From assembly GCA_964617815.1 (NCBI GenBank), contig CAZTXY010000004.1, positions 1 through 63,602 on the forward strand: a stretch of DNA of 63,602 nucleotides, read 5' to 3'. The notes under the pieces were generated by a model. It had not been told where the DNA came from and searched no databases. It worked only from the letters and a program-made list of their open reading frames with translations. A program made the position numbers and the translations under genes. Below are positions 1 to 7,699 of the stretch, in pieces. Numbering within the stretch: position 1 is the first letter of the stretch; each line of letters opens with the position of its first letter. Source of the stretch: an uncultured Candidatus Saccharibacteria bacterium (GTDB taxonomy: Bacteria > Patescibacteriota > Doudnabacteria > UBA920).

Positions 1-1
1 C

Positions 2-958
2 CATGCTCCTGGATCCCAGATCAAGTCTGGGATGACACAAGAGTCGTTGATTGATCCTTTTGTTGAAGCAACAAGAATAGCCCAAGAGATCAAACAGCGC
101 ATTAAGCTTGAAGTGGGGGATTATTTGAGTTGTAGTGTTGGTATAGCTTCAAATAAACTCCTTGCAAAAATTGCATCAGATATGAAAAAGCCAGACGGTC
201 TTGTGGTAGTGCGGCCAGAAGAAAAATATAAATTGTACGATCAGCTTGCCTTGATAGATATTCCAGGTATTGGTTTTCGCATGGAGAGAAATTTAAACAA
301 ACTTGGGATTTATTCACTTAAAGATTTACGCAATTATCCAAAAACTAGGTTGATAGCTCAGTTTGGAATTCCCGGACACCATTTGTATCAAATGGGACAA
401 CTAGAGGGAAGTTGGAAAGAAAATTTTACTGATGAACCGCTAAAGTCCATTGGTCATATGTATACTGTGACTAAAGAATATCGCAGGGCTTCGACTTTTG
501 AGCCCCTGCTTTATAAACTTTCAGAAATGGTCGCTACGAGACTTCGGGTCAATAAGCTTTCCGGTAACGTGCTATCTGTCCATATGCATGATGAGAAGCG
601 TAACTGTGCAGGAGCCTCGAGGCGCTTGAGCTATCAGCTTTCGGATGGACGGGATATTTTTTTAGAAAGTCGGGCAATTTTTCGCAAGGGTGTGCAAGGT
701 TTGAAAAATTTTGAAGTTTATTTAATTGGTGTCACTGTGGCAGCACTTACTCCCGAGGTGGATCAGCCAAGTCTATTTGTTTCTGAAAATAATAAATTAG
801 CAGTTAAAGCACTAGATAAAATAAATGAAAAGTACGGGGATTTTACGATAGCACGAGTACCAGCGTTTCAAGCGCGGGATATTATTCGCGATTCTGTTGG
901 TTTTGGGCGAATGAAAGAGTTTAAACCAACACCAGCCCGCACAAATTTTGGTCATTAA
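2..958 (+). CDS. dinB: Y-family DNA polymerase IV (DinB), 5'-partial at window edge
   Basis: Frame is open to the window start. SVGIASNKLLAKIASDMKKPDG matches the DinB palm/thumb motif. The N-terminal ~100 aa are not in the window. nt 11-38 look like a CTGTCAT-family repeat arm read in frame. Confidence 0.75.
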   Translation, partial: HAPGSQIKSGMTQESLIDPFVEATRIAQEIKQRIKLEVGDYLSCSVGIASNKLLAKIASDMKKPDGLVVVRPEEKYKLYDQLALIDIPGIGFRMERNLNKLGIYSLKDLRNYPKTRLIAQFGIPGHHLYQMGQLEGSWKENFTDEPLKSIGHMYTVTKEYRRASTFEPLLYKLSEMVATRLRVNKLSGNVLSVHMHDEKRNCAGASRRLSYQLSDGRDIFLESRAIFRKGVQGLKNFEVYLIGVTVAALTPEVDQPSLFVSENNKLAVKALDKINEKYGDFTIARVPAFQARDIIRDSVGFGRMKEFKPTPARTNFGH

Positions 959-991
959 ATGAAAGGCGGGACTCGAAGTTTCGAGTCCCGC

Positions 992-1630
992 TTAGGTCTG
1001 CCTGTGCAGATACTGTTGTCGTTGCCCCAGCTTCCAGCGGTACCATGGTGTGGTTCCGTTGGGGTCGAGGCGAACATCAAGTTGCTGAACAATTCGTTTG
1101 ACCAGGGCGAATCTTGAAAGCCTCTGCGAACTTGGCACAATTGTGACCATGGGGACTGCTCTGTAGTCACAAACCATTTTGTGCAAATGGTATTGCAACA
1201 GAAAGCTCATGATACTACCATGCCATTTTTCGGTGCAGATCACGTGCTCGCAATCTGGCGGAAAAATGCCGGCATGCTCCATCATATCGAGACCCATGGG
1301 GACATTCTCGCGTGAAGTCAGCGACCGACTCTCAACCATAATCTTTCGGTTATAGTGGGAGTGGAGCTCTGGGAAATTTTGATAGATGTACTCTTCCATC
1401 ATTTCCGTAACTCGCTTTTGTTTGCCCCACAAGTGAACGTCTCCAACAAGAATGATCGTGCTAATTTGCCGGTACTTCAGAGTACTGATAAACCGCATGC
1501 CCGCTTCTATGTTGGCGATTGTATCTGTCTCCAGCTTGTCCACGCGTGTGGACAGGCAAGGTATCCACACTGCGTAATGCATTTTCACCCCCGTGAAGTT
1601 TTCGAACTCGAACTTGCTATAGTAACACAT
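992..1630 (-). CDS. DUF218/YdcF-like protein (weak call), moderately GC-enriched gene
   Basis: 212-aa ORF. ILVGD...VTEMMEEYI...VESRSLTSREN...ICTEKWH loosely fits the YdcF/ElyC pattern (SEA..M, E..S..T.EN, H..R). GC is visibly higher than in neighbours. Confidence 0.4.
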   Translation of the reverse strand: MCYYSKFEFENFTGVKMHYAVWIPCLSTRVDKLETDTIANIEAGMRFISTLKYRQISTIILVGDVHLWGKQKRVTEMMEEYIYQNFPELHSHYNRKIMVESRSLTSRENVPMGLDMMEHAGIFPPDCEHVICTEKWHGSIMSFLLQYHLHKMVCDYRAVPMVTIVPSSQRLSRFALVKRIVQQLDVRLDPNGTTPWYRWKLGQRQQYLHRQT

Positions 1631-1669
1631 TTTTTTGCTTTGGTCAACCCATTTGTGTATACTCAGTGC

Positions 1670-2185
1670 ATGGACGTTTTAGCACACACACTTTGGACAA
1701 ACGCTTTGTTTCATTTGAAATATCACCAGGAAAGAAAACAGCGCTATATTGCCGCCGCCTTTGGTGTTGTCCCAGACCTAATTGGTTTTGTTCCAGTGAC
1801 TGTTTACGCTTTGTGGAATCGGTTGGTCTTTGACCCTTCTACTTATCAAACCTATAACCACTGGACATTTACCTATGCCACAGAGGCTTACAACTATACT
1901 CATAGTTTAGTAATTGCTGTGGCCGCAATTTTGCTTGTGAGGGCCTTTCGTAAAGGCAAACTTTACTGGCCAATGCTGGGTTGGGTTCTTCATATCGTTA
2001 TAGATTTCTTTACTCACCCGGATTTTTATCAAACCCCAATTTTCTTTCCTATTTCTAACTATCAAAACACTCACGGTATTTCCTGGGCTCACCCCGTGTT
2101 TATGGTGGTAAATTATAGTTTAATGGTAATTACATATATCATAATTTTTAAATATCGAGATAAACGAAAAATAGATGCAAAATAA
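1670..2185 (+). CDS. Membrane-bound metal-dependent hydrolase, YdjM/DUF457-like
   Basis: Internal ATG of track ORF 1355..2185. The upstream part of that ORF is antisense to 992..1630. Multi-TM protein with His-rich THSL/THPDF motifs. TTGCTT-N17-TATACT lies just upstream. Confidence 0.5.
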   Translation: MDVLAHTLWTNALFHLKYHQERKQRYIAAAFGVVPDLIGFVPVTVYALWNRLVFDPSTYQTYNHWTFTYATEAYNYTHSLVIAVAAILLVRAFRKGKLYWPMLGWVLHIVIDFFTHPDFYQTPIFFPISNYQNTHGISWAHPVFMVVNYSLMVITYIIIFKYRDKRKIDAK

Positions 2186-2645
2186 ATCCTTTTTTGTGAT
2201 TGCGCATAATATCCGTTCGATCCTCAATGTAGGGTCGATTTTTAGGACAGCAGATGCATTTGGGGTGACTAAGCTGTATCTGACAGGCTACACAGGCACG
2301 CCAAAGCATCCCAAGCTTTCAAAAACTGCTCTTGGAGCTGAGAATTTTGTTGCTTGGGAATACAACTTGTCTGCCAAGCGAGTTATTAGTAAATTGCGCA
2401 GGGATTATCCTGGGATTATTATTTTAGCTTTGGAAAACAACATCAAAGGCCGAAAGCCTTTGGTTATGACAAAATATAAATCAAAATTTCCCGTGGCTTT
2501 ATTATTAGGCGAGGAAACTAAAGGAATTCCAAAACCTTTGCTGAAAGAATGCGACCAGTTACTAGAAATCCCGATGCATGGCCAAAAAGAAAGTTTAAAT
2601 GTCTCCGTGGCTTTTGGCATTGCCGCCTACGTCATCTCATCATGA
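2175..2645 (+). CDS. SpoU/TrmH-family RNA 2'-O-methyltransferase
   Basis: NVGSIFRTADAFG, LLLGEETKGIP and LEIPMHG..ESLNVSVAFGIAAY are the SPOUT motifs. Confidence 0.8.
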   Translation: MQNKSFFVIAHNIRSILNVGSIFRTADAFGVTKLYLTGYTGTPKHPKLSKTALGAENFVAWEYNLSAKRVISKLRRDYPGIIILALENNIKGRKPLVMTKYKSKFPVALLLGEETKGIPKPLLKECDQLLEIPMHGQKESLNVSVAFGIAAYVISS

Positions 2646-2814
2646 TGGTCACCTTCATGACGGATTTGGCAAAATAAGGAAAACTTAGTGTAATACAGAC
2701 TCAAAACCAACAAAGTTTGGTTTTTGTTTTTATTCTGTGGATAGCTTTTTCTAACAAGAGGCAAGCATGCCTAATTCCCTTATGGTTATTAGGTTTTATT
2801 ATATTTTACAAGCT

Positions 2815-2843
2815 TTGACCAATGGGGGACGGTGGGATATAAT
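2815..2843 (+). promoter_or_regulatory. mraZ (dcw) promoter, TTGACC-N17-TATAAT
   Basis: -35 at 2815-2820 and -10 at 2838-2843, with an exact 17-nt spacer. Confidence 0.7.
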
Positions 2844-2899
2844 TACTTTGTAGTGGCAGAAAGTGGATAAAAGTGGGGAGAAGTGGTAGATTCAGTGGA
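2823..2899 (+). promoter_or_regulatory. Candidate MraZ operator: helically phased (A)AGTGG / TGGG direct repeats
   Basis: TGG(G) occurs at 2823, 2833, 2854, 2864, 2874, 2884 and 2896, so the spacing is mostly exactly 10 nt. The series overlaps and follows the -10 box. Confidence 0.55.
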
Positions 2900-2908
2900 T
2901 AACTACTT

Positions 2909-2953
2909 TAGTAGCTAGTTTCTAGAAACTAGTCACTAGCGACTAGGAACTAG
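2909..2953. repeat. Heptad array, 7 x TAGNNNN, ending 4 nt before the mraZ ATG
   Basis: TAG occurs at 2909, 2916, 2923, 2930, 2937, 2944 and 2951. Most units contain CTAG. Confidence 0.85.
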
Positions 2954-2956
2954 ATT

Positions 2957-3388
2957 ATGTTTATTGGCGAATACAGTGCAACAATTGATGACAAAGGCCG
3001 CATCGCCATCCCTGTTAAGTTTCGCAGCCAGCTGAAAAGCAAAGTTGTGATAACTAAGGGCTTAGATAACTCTCTTTTTTTGTTAACGGTTGACGAATGG
3101 AAAAAGCTTGCTGAAAAATGGGCTAGTCTCCCAATTTCTACTGCCAATGCGCGAGCTTTTTCCCGCCACATGCTTGCAGGGGCCATGGATTGCGACATAG
3201 ATAAACAGGGTCGGGTAATTGTGCCAGGGTACCTCAAAGAGTTTGCCAAGATTGGGAAGAAGTTGATTTTTGCTGGACTCTATAACCGTATAGAAATTTG
3301 GAGCGAAGAGTTGTGGGTTAAATACAAGGCGCAGACTGAGAAAGAAAGCAACGCCATAGCAGAACAGTTAGGAAGCTTGGGAGTTTAA
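2957..3388 (+). CDS. mraZ: Transcriptional regulator MraZ
   Basis: Two SpoVT/AbrB-like halves (DDKGRIAIP and DKQGRVIVP). First gene of the dcw cluster. Confidence 0.9.
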   Translation: MFIGEYSATIDDKGRIAIPVKFRSQLKSKVVITKGLDNSLFLLTVDEWKKLAEKWASLPISTANARAFSRHMLAGAMDCDIDKQGRVIVPGYLKEFAKIGKKLIFAGLYNRIEIWSEELWVKYKAQTEKESNAIAEQLGSLGV

Positions 3389-3394
3389 ATGCTA

Positions 3395-3466
3395 CTGTCA
3401 TTCTGAGTGAAACGAAGAATCTCTTGGGTTGGCAGTTTAGATCCTTCACTTCGTTCAGGATGACAG
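3395..3466. repeat. CTGTCAT-family element, complete (two inverted arms)
   Basis: ctgtcattctgagtgaaacgaagaatct ... agatccttcacttcgttcaggatgacag. It lies between mraZ and rsmH. Confidence 0.9.
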
Positions 3467-3474
3467 ATCCACAT

Positions 3475-4407
3475 ATGTATAGCCATATCCCAGTTCTTTT
3501 ACAAGAAGTTTTAGAATATTTAGATCCTAAATCAGGACAAAATTTTGTTGATGGCACACTTGGCGGTGGGGGATACACTAAAGCGATTTTGGAAAAAATT
3601 TCTCCAGACGGCAAAGTCTTAGCTATAGACCTTGACCAAGCCGCAATAGACGAAGCTAGGAACAAGTCACTAGGAACTAGCAACTTAGTTCTTGTCCACG
3701 GTAATTTCAGAGATATTGATCAAATGGTTACTACACATAAGTTTGGCAACATCTCTGGAATTGTCGCGGATATTGGGTTGAGTAGTTTTCAACTAGACGG
3801 ATCTGGAAGGGGAATTAGTTTTCAGAAGCAAGAACCTTTAGATATGCGCTTTGACTTGTCTGACAACAGCACGGATGCAAAGTTTATTGTCAATAATTGG
3901 GAACAAGCACAGTTAACTGAAGTCTTCCGAAAGTATGGAGAAGAAAAATATGCAAGTCAGATTGCTCGAAAAATTGTTCAGCACAGGCAGTTAAAGCTAC
4001 TTCACTATACGACTGATTTGGTTGCCATAATTCAAGAAGCGCTTCCAGCACCAGAAAAACATCGGTTTGCAGACAGCGCTAGGCGGATCTTTCAAGCCTT
4101 AAGGATTACCGTTAATCATGAGTTAGAGAACTTAGAAACCTTTTTGCCTAAAGCTTTTGATCTCTTAGCAGAAGGCGGTAAGCTGGCCATTGTGAGCTTT
4201 CATTCCCTAGAAGACCGGATTGTTAAAGAATATTTCTTGTCCTTAGCACGTGGCTGCATTTGCCCCATAGATTTTCCACAGTGTATTTGTGGCCAAACTC
4301 CAAAGGGAAAAATATTAACAAAAAAGCCAATTACTGCAAAGACAGAAGAGTTAGACAAAAATCCAAGAAGTAAACCGGCCAAACTTCGCGTTATCGAAAA
4401 AGTATAA
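3475..4407 (+). CDS. rsmH: 16S rRNA (cytosine1402-N4)-methyltransferase RsmH
   Basis: MYSHIPVLLQEV start and DGTLGGGGY SAM motif. The track start at 3424 lies inside the repeat element. Confidence 0.9.
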   Translation: MYSHIPVLLQEVLEYLDPKSGQNFVDGTLGGGGYTKAILEKISPDGKVLAIDLDQAAIDEARNKSLGTSNLVLVHGNFRDIDQMVTTHKFGNISGIVADIGLSSFQLDGSGRGISFQKQEPLDMRFDLSDNSTDAKFIVNNWEQAQLTEVFRKYGEEKYASQIARKIVQHRQLKLLHYTTDLVAIIQEALPAPEKHRFADSARRIFQALRITVNHELENLETFLPKAFDLLAEGGKLAIVSFHSLEDRIVKEYFLSLARGCICPIDFPQCICGQTPKGKILTKKPITAKTEELDKNPRSKPAKLRVIEKV

Positions 4408-4438
4408 AAAAATAAAAAAAGTAAATTAAAATAAAAGA

Positions 4439-4891
4439 ATGACAAAATTACTTGCACTTTTTAACCCGTTTAGCTCCGTTGGTTCTTTTTCAACCTCCAA
4501 TTCAGCTGTTGTTAGAACAAAAGGTTATTCTCGGCCACAACACACAAGCTTATATTCTGCACCAGTTGCAAGAAAAAAAAGCGCGCTTGGTTTGAAAGCT
4601 TCTAGTCTTCAACAGGTAGGAGCTGGCTATTTTTTATTTAGTCTTTGCGTTGTATTGCTTGTTGTTCATTTTTTTGGAGTGAATCAGTACGCTGCTAAAG
4701 GTTATGAAATTAAGTCTGTGCAGTCAAAAATTACCGCACTTAATGAAGACAATAAAAAATTAGTTTTGCGTACCGCAGAAGTTGGTTCTTTGTTGGAAGT
4801 TCATAACAGTTTGGTTAGCGGAGACTTTATTCCAGTTTCAAATGCTGAATTTTTACAAGTAAACCAATTAAGCCTATCCTCACGCAATTAA
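4439..4891 (+). CDS. FtsL-like cell-division protein (single TM plus coiled coil)
   Basis: Position between rsmH and ftsI. One TM segment followed by a heptad-like KITALNEDNKKLVLR segment. Confidence 0.45.
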   Translation: MTKLLALFNPFSSVGSFSTSNSAVVRTKGYSRPQHTSLYSAPVARKKSALGLKASSLQQVGAGYFLFSLCVVLLVVHFFGVNQYAAKGYEIKSVQSKITALNEDNKKLVLRTAEVGSLLEVHNSLVSGDFIPVSNAEFLQVNQLSLSSRN

Positions 4892-4900
4892 CTATTTAAC

Positions 4901-6631
4901 ATGAGCCCTCAAGTCTTAAAAGCTTTGCTACATAAGCGAATGGTCTGGGTGGCTGTTTTTTTATTTGTAGGATTTTTACTAATTGCCGCTAGACTTGTGG
5001 TACTGCAGGCCATTGCGAGTAAACATTATAAAATTCAAGCAGAAGGTCAGTCTACGCTGGTAAAAAAACTTACCCCTTCGCGAGGGGAGATTAAAATTAG
5101 TGATAAATTTGCAGGAGAGCCTTATACAGTTGCTACAACCATAGACAAACCCCTTGTTTACGTTGTTCCAGCTTCTGTTCTGGATAAACTTGAAACTGCC
5201 GAAGAACTAGCAAAACTGCTTAGCTTAGAAAGCAGTGAAATTTTACCAAAGCTTTCCGACGACACCAGAAAGTATGTTGTGTTAAAAAAACAGCTTACTG
5301 AAGACGAAGTTAAAAAAATTGAGGAAGCCAAGCTTCCAGGAATTGCTTTTGACGCAGAAATTAGTCGGTTCTACCCTGAGCGGGATTTCTTGAGTAGCGT
5401 GCTTGGTTATGTGGGCTACAAAGAAAATGACAAAGTTGGTCTATATGGATTAGAAAAATATTTTGAAACAGAACTTAAAGGTACTTCTGGAAATTTGGCT
5501 CAAGAAAAGGATGCTGGTGGAGCTTGGATCTTTGGCACCAAGCGCGATTTAATCCCAGCAGTTGATGGCGATAATTTAATTTTAACAATAGATAAAAGCA
5601 TTCAGCTTAAAGTTGAAGAAGTGCTTAAGAAAACTGTCGAAAAACATCAAGCCGACGGTGGCAGTATTATTGTTATGGATCCTAAAACAGGGGCAATTTT
5701 GGCAATGGCTAGTAATCCTAGTTTTGATCCAAATGAATATACCAAAACAAAAGATTTAGCAAATTTTAATAATATAAATACTACTGGTAACTACGAATCA
5801 GGTTCAGTTTTTAAAGCCTTTACGATGGCGGCGGCCATTGACAGTGGGGCTGTTACTCCAGACACCACTTATGTAGACGAAGGGAAAATTGAAATTGACG
5901 GCTATACGTTGAAAAACTCAGACGGTAAAGCAAATGGTCAACAAACCATGACTCAGGTTTTGGAAAAATCACTTAATACTGGAGTTGTTTTTGCAAAAGA
6001 GAAAATCGGGAACAGTGAATTTTTGCGTTATATTAAGAAATTTGGATTTGGTGAGAAAACAGGAATTGAGTTACCAGAAACCGCAGGAAACTTAAGTAAT
6101 CTTTCTGGGAAAGTCAAAGTAAATTTTCACACTGCAAGTTATGGTCAAGGAATTAGTGTGACGCCAGTGCAGTTGGTTCAAGCTTATGGAGCTTTGGCAA
6201 ACGGCGGTAAAATGATGAAACCATTTATTGTGCGGACTAGGCTGACAGCGGACGGTAAAACTATTAATACAGAGCCGCATGAAGTGCGAGCAGTTATTTC
6301 GCCTAAAACGGCAGTATTAATTTCGGCGATGCTTGTTAATGTTGTAGAAAATGGTCATGGACAAAAAGCTAAAGTGGCTGGTTACGATCATGAGATAGCT
6401 GGCAAGACTGGTACGGCTCAAGTTTCTAAAACCACTGGCGCGGGATATCAGGAGGGAGTTAACATTGGGTCATTTGCTGGTTATGGTCCAGTGCAGGATC
6501 CACGGTTTGTAATGGTGGTGAGGGTTAACCATCCACGCACTGTCCAATTTGCAGAAAGTACAGCCACGCCAGCTTTTGGGGAAATTGCGCAGTTTATTTT
6601 AAATTATTATAATATTCCACCGCATAAGTAA
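4901..6631 (+). CDS. ftsI: Class B penicillin-binding protein (FtsI/PBP2-type transpeptidase)
   Basis: SGSVFK (SxxK), SLN (SxN) and KTGTA motifs, N-terminal TM segment, dcw context. Confidence 0.85.
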   Translation: MSPQVLKALLHKRMVWVAVFLFVGFLLIAARLVVLQAIASKHYKIQAEGQSTLVKKLTPSRGEIKISDKFAGEPYTVATTIDKPLVYVVPASVLDKLETAEELAKLLSLESSEILPKLSDDTRKYVVLKKQLTEDEVKKIEEAKLPGIAFDAEISRFYPERDFLSSVLGYVGYKENDKVGLYGLEKYFETELKGTSGNLAQEKDAGGAWIFGTKRDLIPAVDGDNLILTIDKSIQLKVEEVLKKTVEKHQADGGSIIVMDPKTGAILAMASNPSFDPNEYTKTKDLANFNNINTTGNYESGSVFKAFTMAAAIDSGAVTPDTTYVDEGKIEIDGYTLKNSDGKANGQQTMTQVLEKSLNTGVVFAKEKIGNSEFLRYIKKFGFGEKTGIELPETAGNLSNLSGKVKVNFHTASYGQGISVTPVQLVQAYGALANGGKMMKPFIVRTRLTADGKTINTEPHEVRAVISPKTAVLISAMLVNVVENGHGQKAKVAGYDHEIAGKTGTAQVSKTTGAGYQEGVNIGSFAGYGPVQDPRFVMVVRVNHPRTVQFAESTATPAFGEIAQFILNYYNIPPHK

Positions 6632-6669
6632 GGGTCATTAATCATGTATCATGAAGCATGAATAAAAAA

Positions 6670-6700
6670 CTCGCGATCAGAATCGCGAGGCTTTATTTTT
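6670..6700 (+). terminator. Intrinsic terminator after ftsI
   Basis: ctcgcgat-caga-atcgcgag stem followed by a T-rich tract. Confidence 0.7.
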
Positions 6701-6705
6701 ATCCG

Positions 6706-6742
6706 TGTCATTCCAGAAGCCACGAAGGGCTATGTGGAATCT
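6706..6742. repeat. CTGTCAT-family arm (solo)
   Basis: tgtcattccagaagccacgaagg...ggaatc. It matches the reverse complement of the right arm at 40430-40455. Confidence 0.7.
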
Positions 6743-6746
6743 ATAA

Positions 6747-6968
6747 TTATGACCTGTGGCTACGTCCCCAGTGGATTTTATTCCAAGCGCGTTCGTGTAT
6801 GAAGTATATGACAGTGCTAACAAGGCTAGTAATACTAATAAACCCAAGTGTAAGGTCGAGTCTTCCGGTATACAGCCAAAGAATAAGTCCATTTGAAGTA
6901 ATAATCAGCAGGCGATAGGTCACAGTCTTTGCCCACGACCGCTTGTGGTGTTCATAGTACAAGTTCAT
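6747..6968 (-). CDS. DUF2061-family small membrane protein
   Basis: KTVTYRLL...TG...HERAWNKIHWG is the signature of DUF2061. Confidence 0.55.
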   Translation of the reverse strand: MNLYYEHHKRSWAKTVTYRLLIITSNGLILWLYTGRLDLTLGFISITSLVSTVIYFIHERAWNKIHWGRSHRS

Positions 6969-6998
6969 GTTTATAGTATAACACTAATAATTAAGGGC

Positions 6999-7027
6999 TT
7001 TTCAAATCGCTCGAAATATTGTACAAT
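6999..7027 (+). promoter_or_regulatory. Putative promoter of tRNA-Gln(UUG), TTTTCA-N17-TACAAT
   Basis: -10 at 7022-7027 with a weaker -35 at 6999-7004. Confidence 0.45.
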
Positions 7028-7054
7028 AAGCAAGTAATTATTAGTGTTTTGTCA

Positions 7055-7093
7055 CTGTCATCCTGATCCGCCAACCGGCCGACGAAGGATCTC
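7055..7093. repeat. CTGTCAT-family arm in the pre-tRNA leader
   Basis: ctgtcatcctgatccgccaaccggccgacgaaggatctc, ending 19 nt upstream of the tRNA 5' end. Confidence 0.85.
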
Positions 7094-7112
7094 ACACGAT
7101 GATCTATTATTT

Positions 7113-7187
7113 TGGGGTGTAGCCAAGTGGTAAGGCAGGGGCCTTTGAAGCCCCCATTCGTAGGTTCGAACCCTACCACCCCAGCCA
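7113..7187 (+). tRNA. tRNA-Gln (anticodon UUG)
   Basis: 75-nt cloverleaf folded by hand. The UGGGG...CCCCAGCCA ends resemble E. coli tRNA-Gln. Anticodon loop is CTTTGAA and CCA is encoded. Confidence 0.9.
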
Positions 7188-7190
7188 AAT

Positions 7191-7215
7191 AAATCGCTCA
7201 AAAGGCGATTTTTTG
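7191..7215 (+). terminator. Terminator after tRNA-Gln(UUG)
   Basis: aaatcgc/gcgattt stem plus a T-run. Confidence 0.75.
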
Positions 7216-7282
7216 TTATTCTTATAGGGTTGTGAGTAGCTAAAATTTATTTGAGAGATTGTAGGATTGGATATTAAATACT

Positions 7283-7690
7283 ATGGATAATTTTCGGAAT
7301 GCTGTTAAGGCATTTATAGTAAAAAATGGTGAGGTATTGCTTATACGTCGTCGCAGTAATGACGTACATAAACCCGGCCAGTGGGATATTCCCGGTGGTC
7401 GTCTTGGACTTGGTGAAGATCCAATTGTTGGTTTGAAACGCGAAGTTCAAGAAGAAGTCGGTATAAATGTAGGTATAGAAATGCCAATTGATATTCACCA
7501 TTTTATTCGCGATGATGGCCAAAAAATTACCATGATTATATTTTGGTGTATTCCTTTAAGTACAGATATTGTGTTATCCGAAGAGCACCAAGAGTATAAA
7601 TGGGTTTCATTAGAAAGCGCTGACCAGTTTCCTCAATGGATGACAACGATAAGGGAAAATTTTTTGAAGCACGGCCTAAATAAACTTTAA
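7283..7690 (+). CDS. NUDIX hydrolase
   Basis: Nudix box GGRLGLGEDPIVGLKREVQEEVGI. Confidence 0.85.
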   Translation: MDNFRNAVKAFIVKNGEVLLIRRRSNDVHKPGQWDIPGGRLGLGEDPIVGLKREVQEEVGINVGIEMPIDIHHFIRDDGQKITMIIFWCIPLSTDIVLSEEHQEYKWVSLESADQFPQWMTTIRENFLKHGLNKL

Positions 7691-7699
7691 ATGTAATTA

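Noticed and set aside
1355-1669. Upstream third of track ORF 1355..2185
   Set aside because: It is antisense to the better-supported 992..1630 gene and not protein-like. The DUF457-like domain begins at the ATG at 1670, which has its own promoter-like TTGCTT-N17-TATACT.
2736-2902. DnaA-box-like 9-mers (TGTGGATAG at 2736, AGTGGATAA at 2862 and 2894, perfect TGTGGATAA at 48127) as a replication origin
   Set aside because: The boxes are isolated or coincide with the phased MraZ-type repeats. There is no AT-rich unwinding element, dnaA/dnaN gene or cluster of consensus boxes.
3424-3474. N-terminal extensions of track ORFs at 3424, 10476, 12779, 18127, 59480, 30118(..32346), 33036, 38295 and 39049
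   Set aside because: The extensions run through CTGTCAT repeat arms, heptad arrays, promoters or a neighbour's terminator. Conserved protein N-termini and RBS-like sequences support the internal starts used in the feature table.
6991-7188. Track ORFs antisense to the two tRNA-Gln genes (6991..7188 and 23774..24064, both minus)
   Set aside because: Their shared GVVGFEPT.GGF...CLTTWLHP sequence is simply the reverse-complement translation of the tRNA sequence. The cloverleaves are unambiguous.
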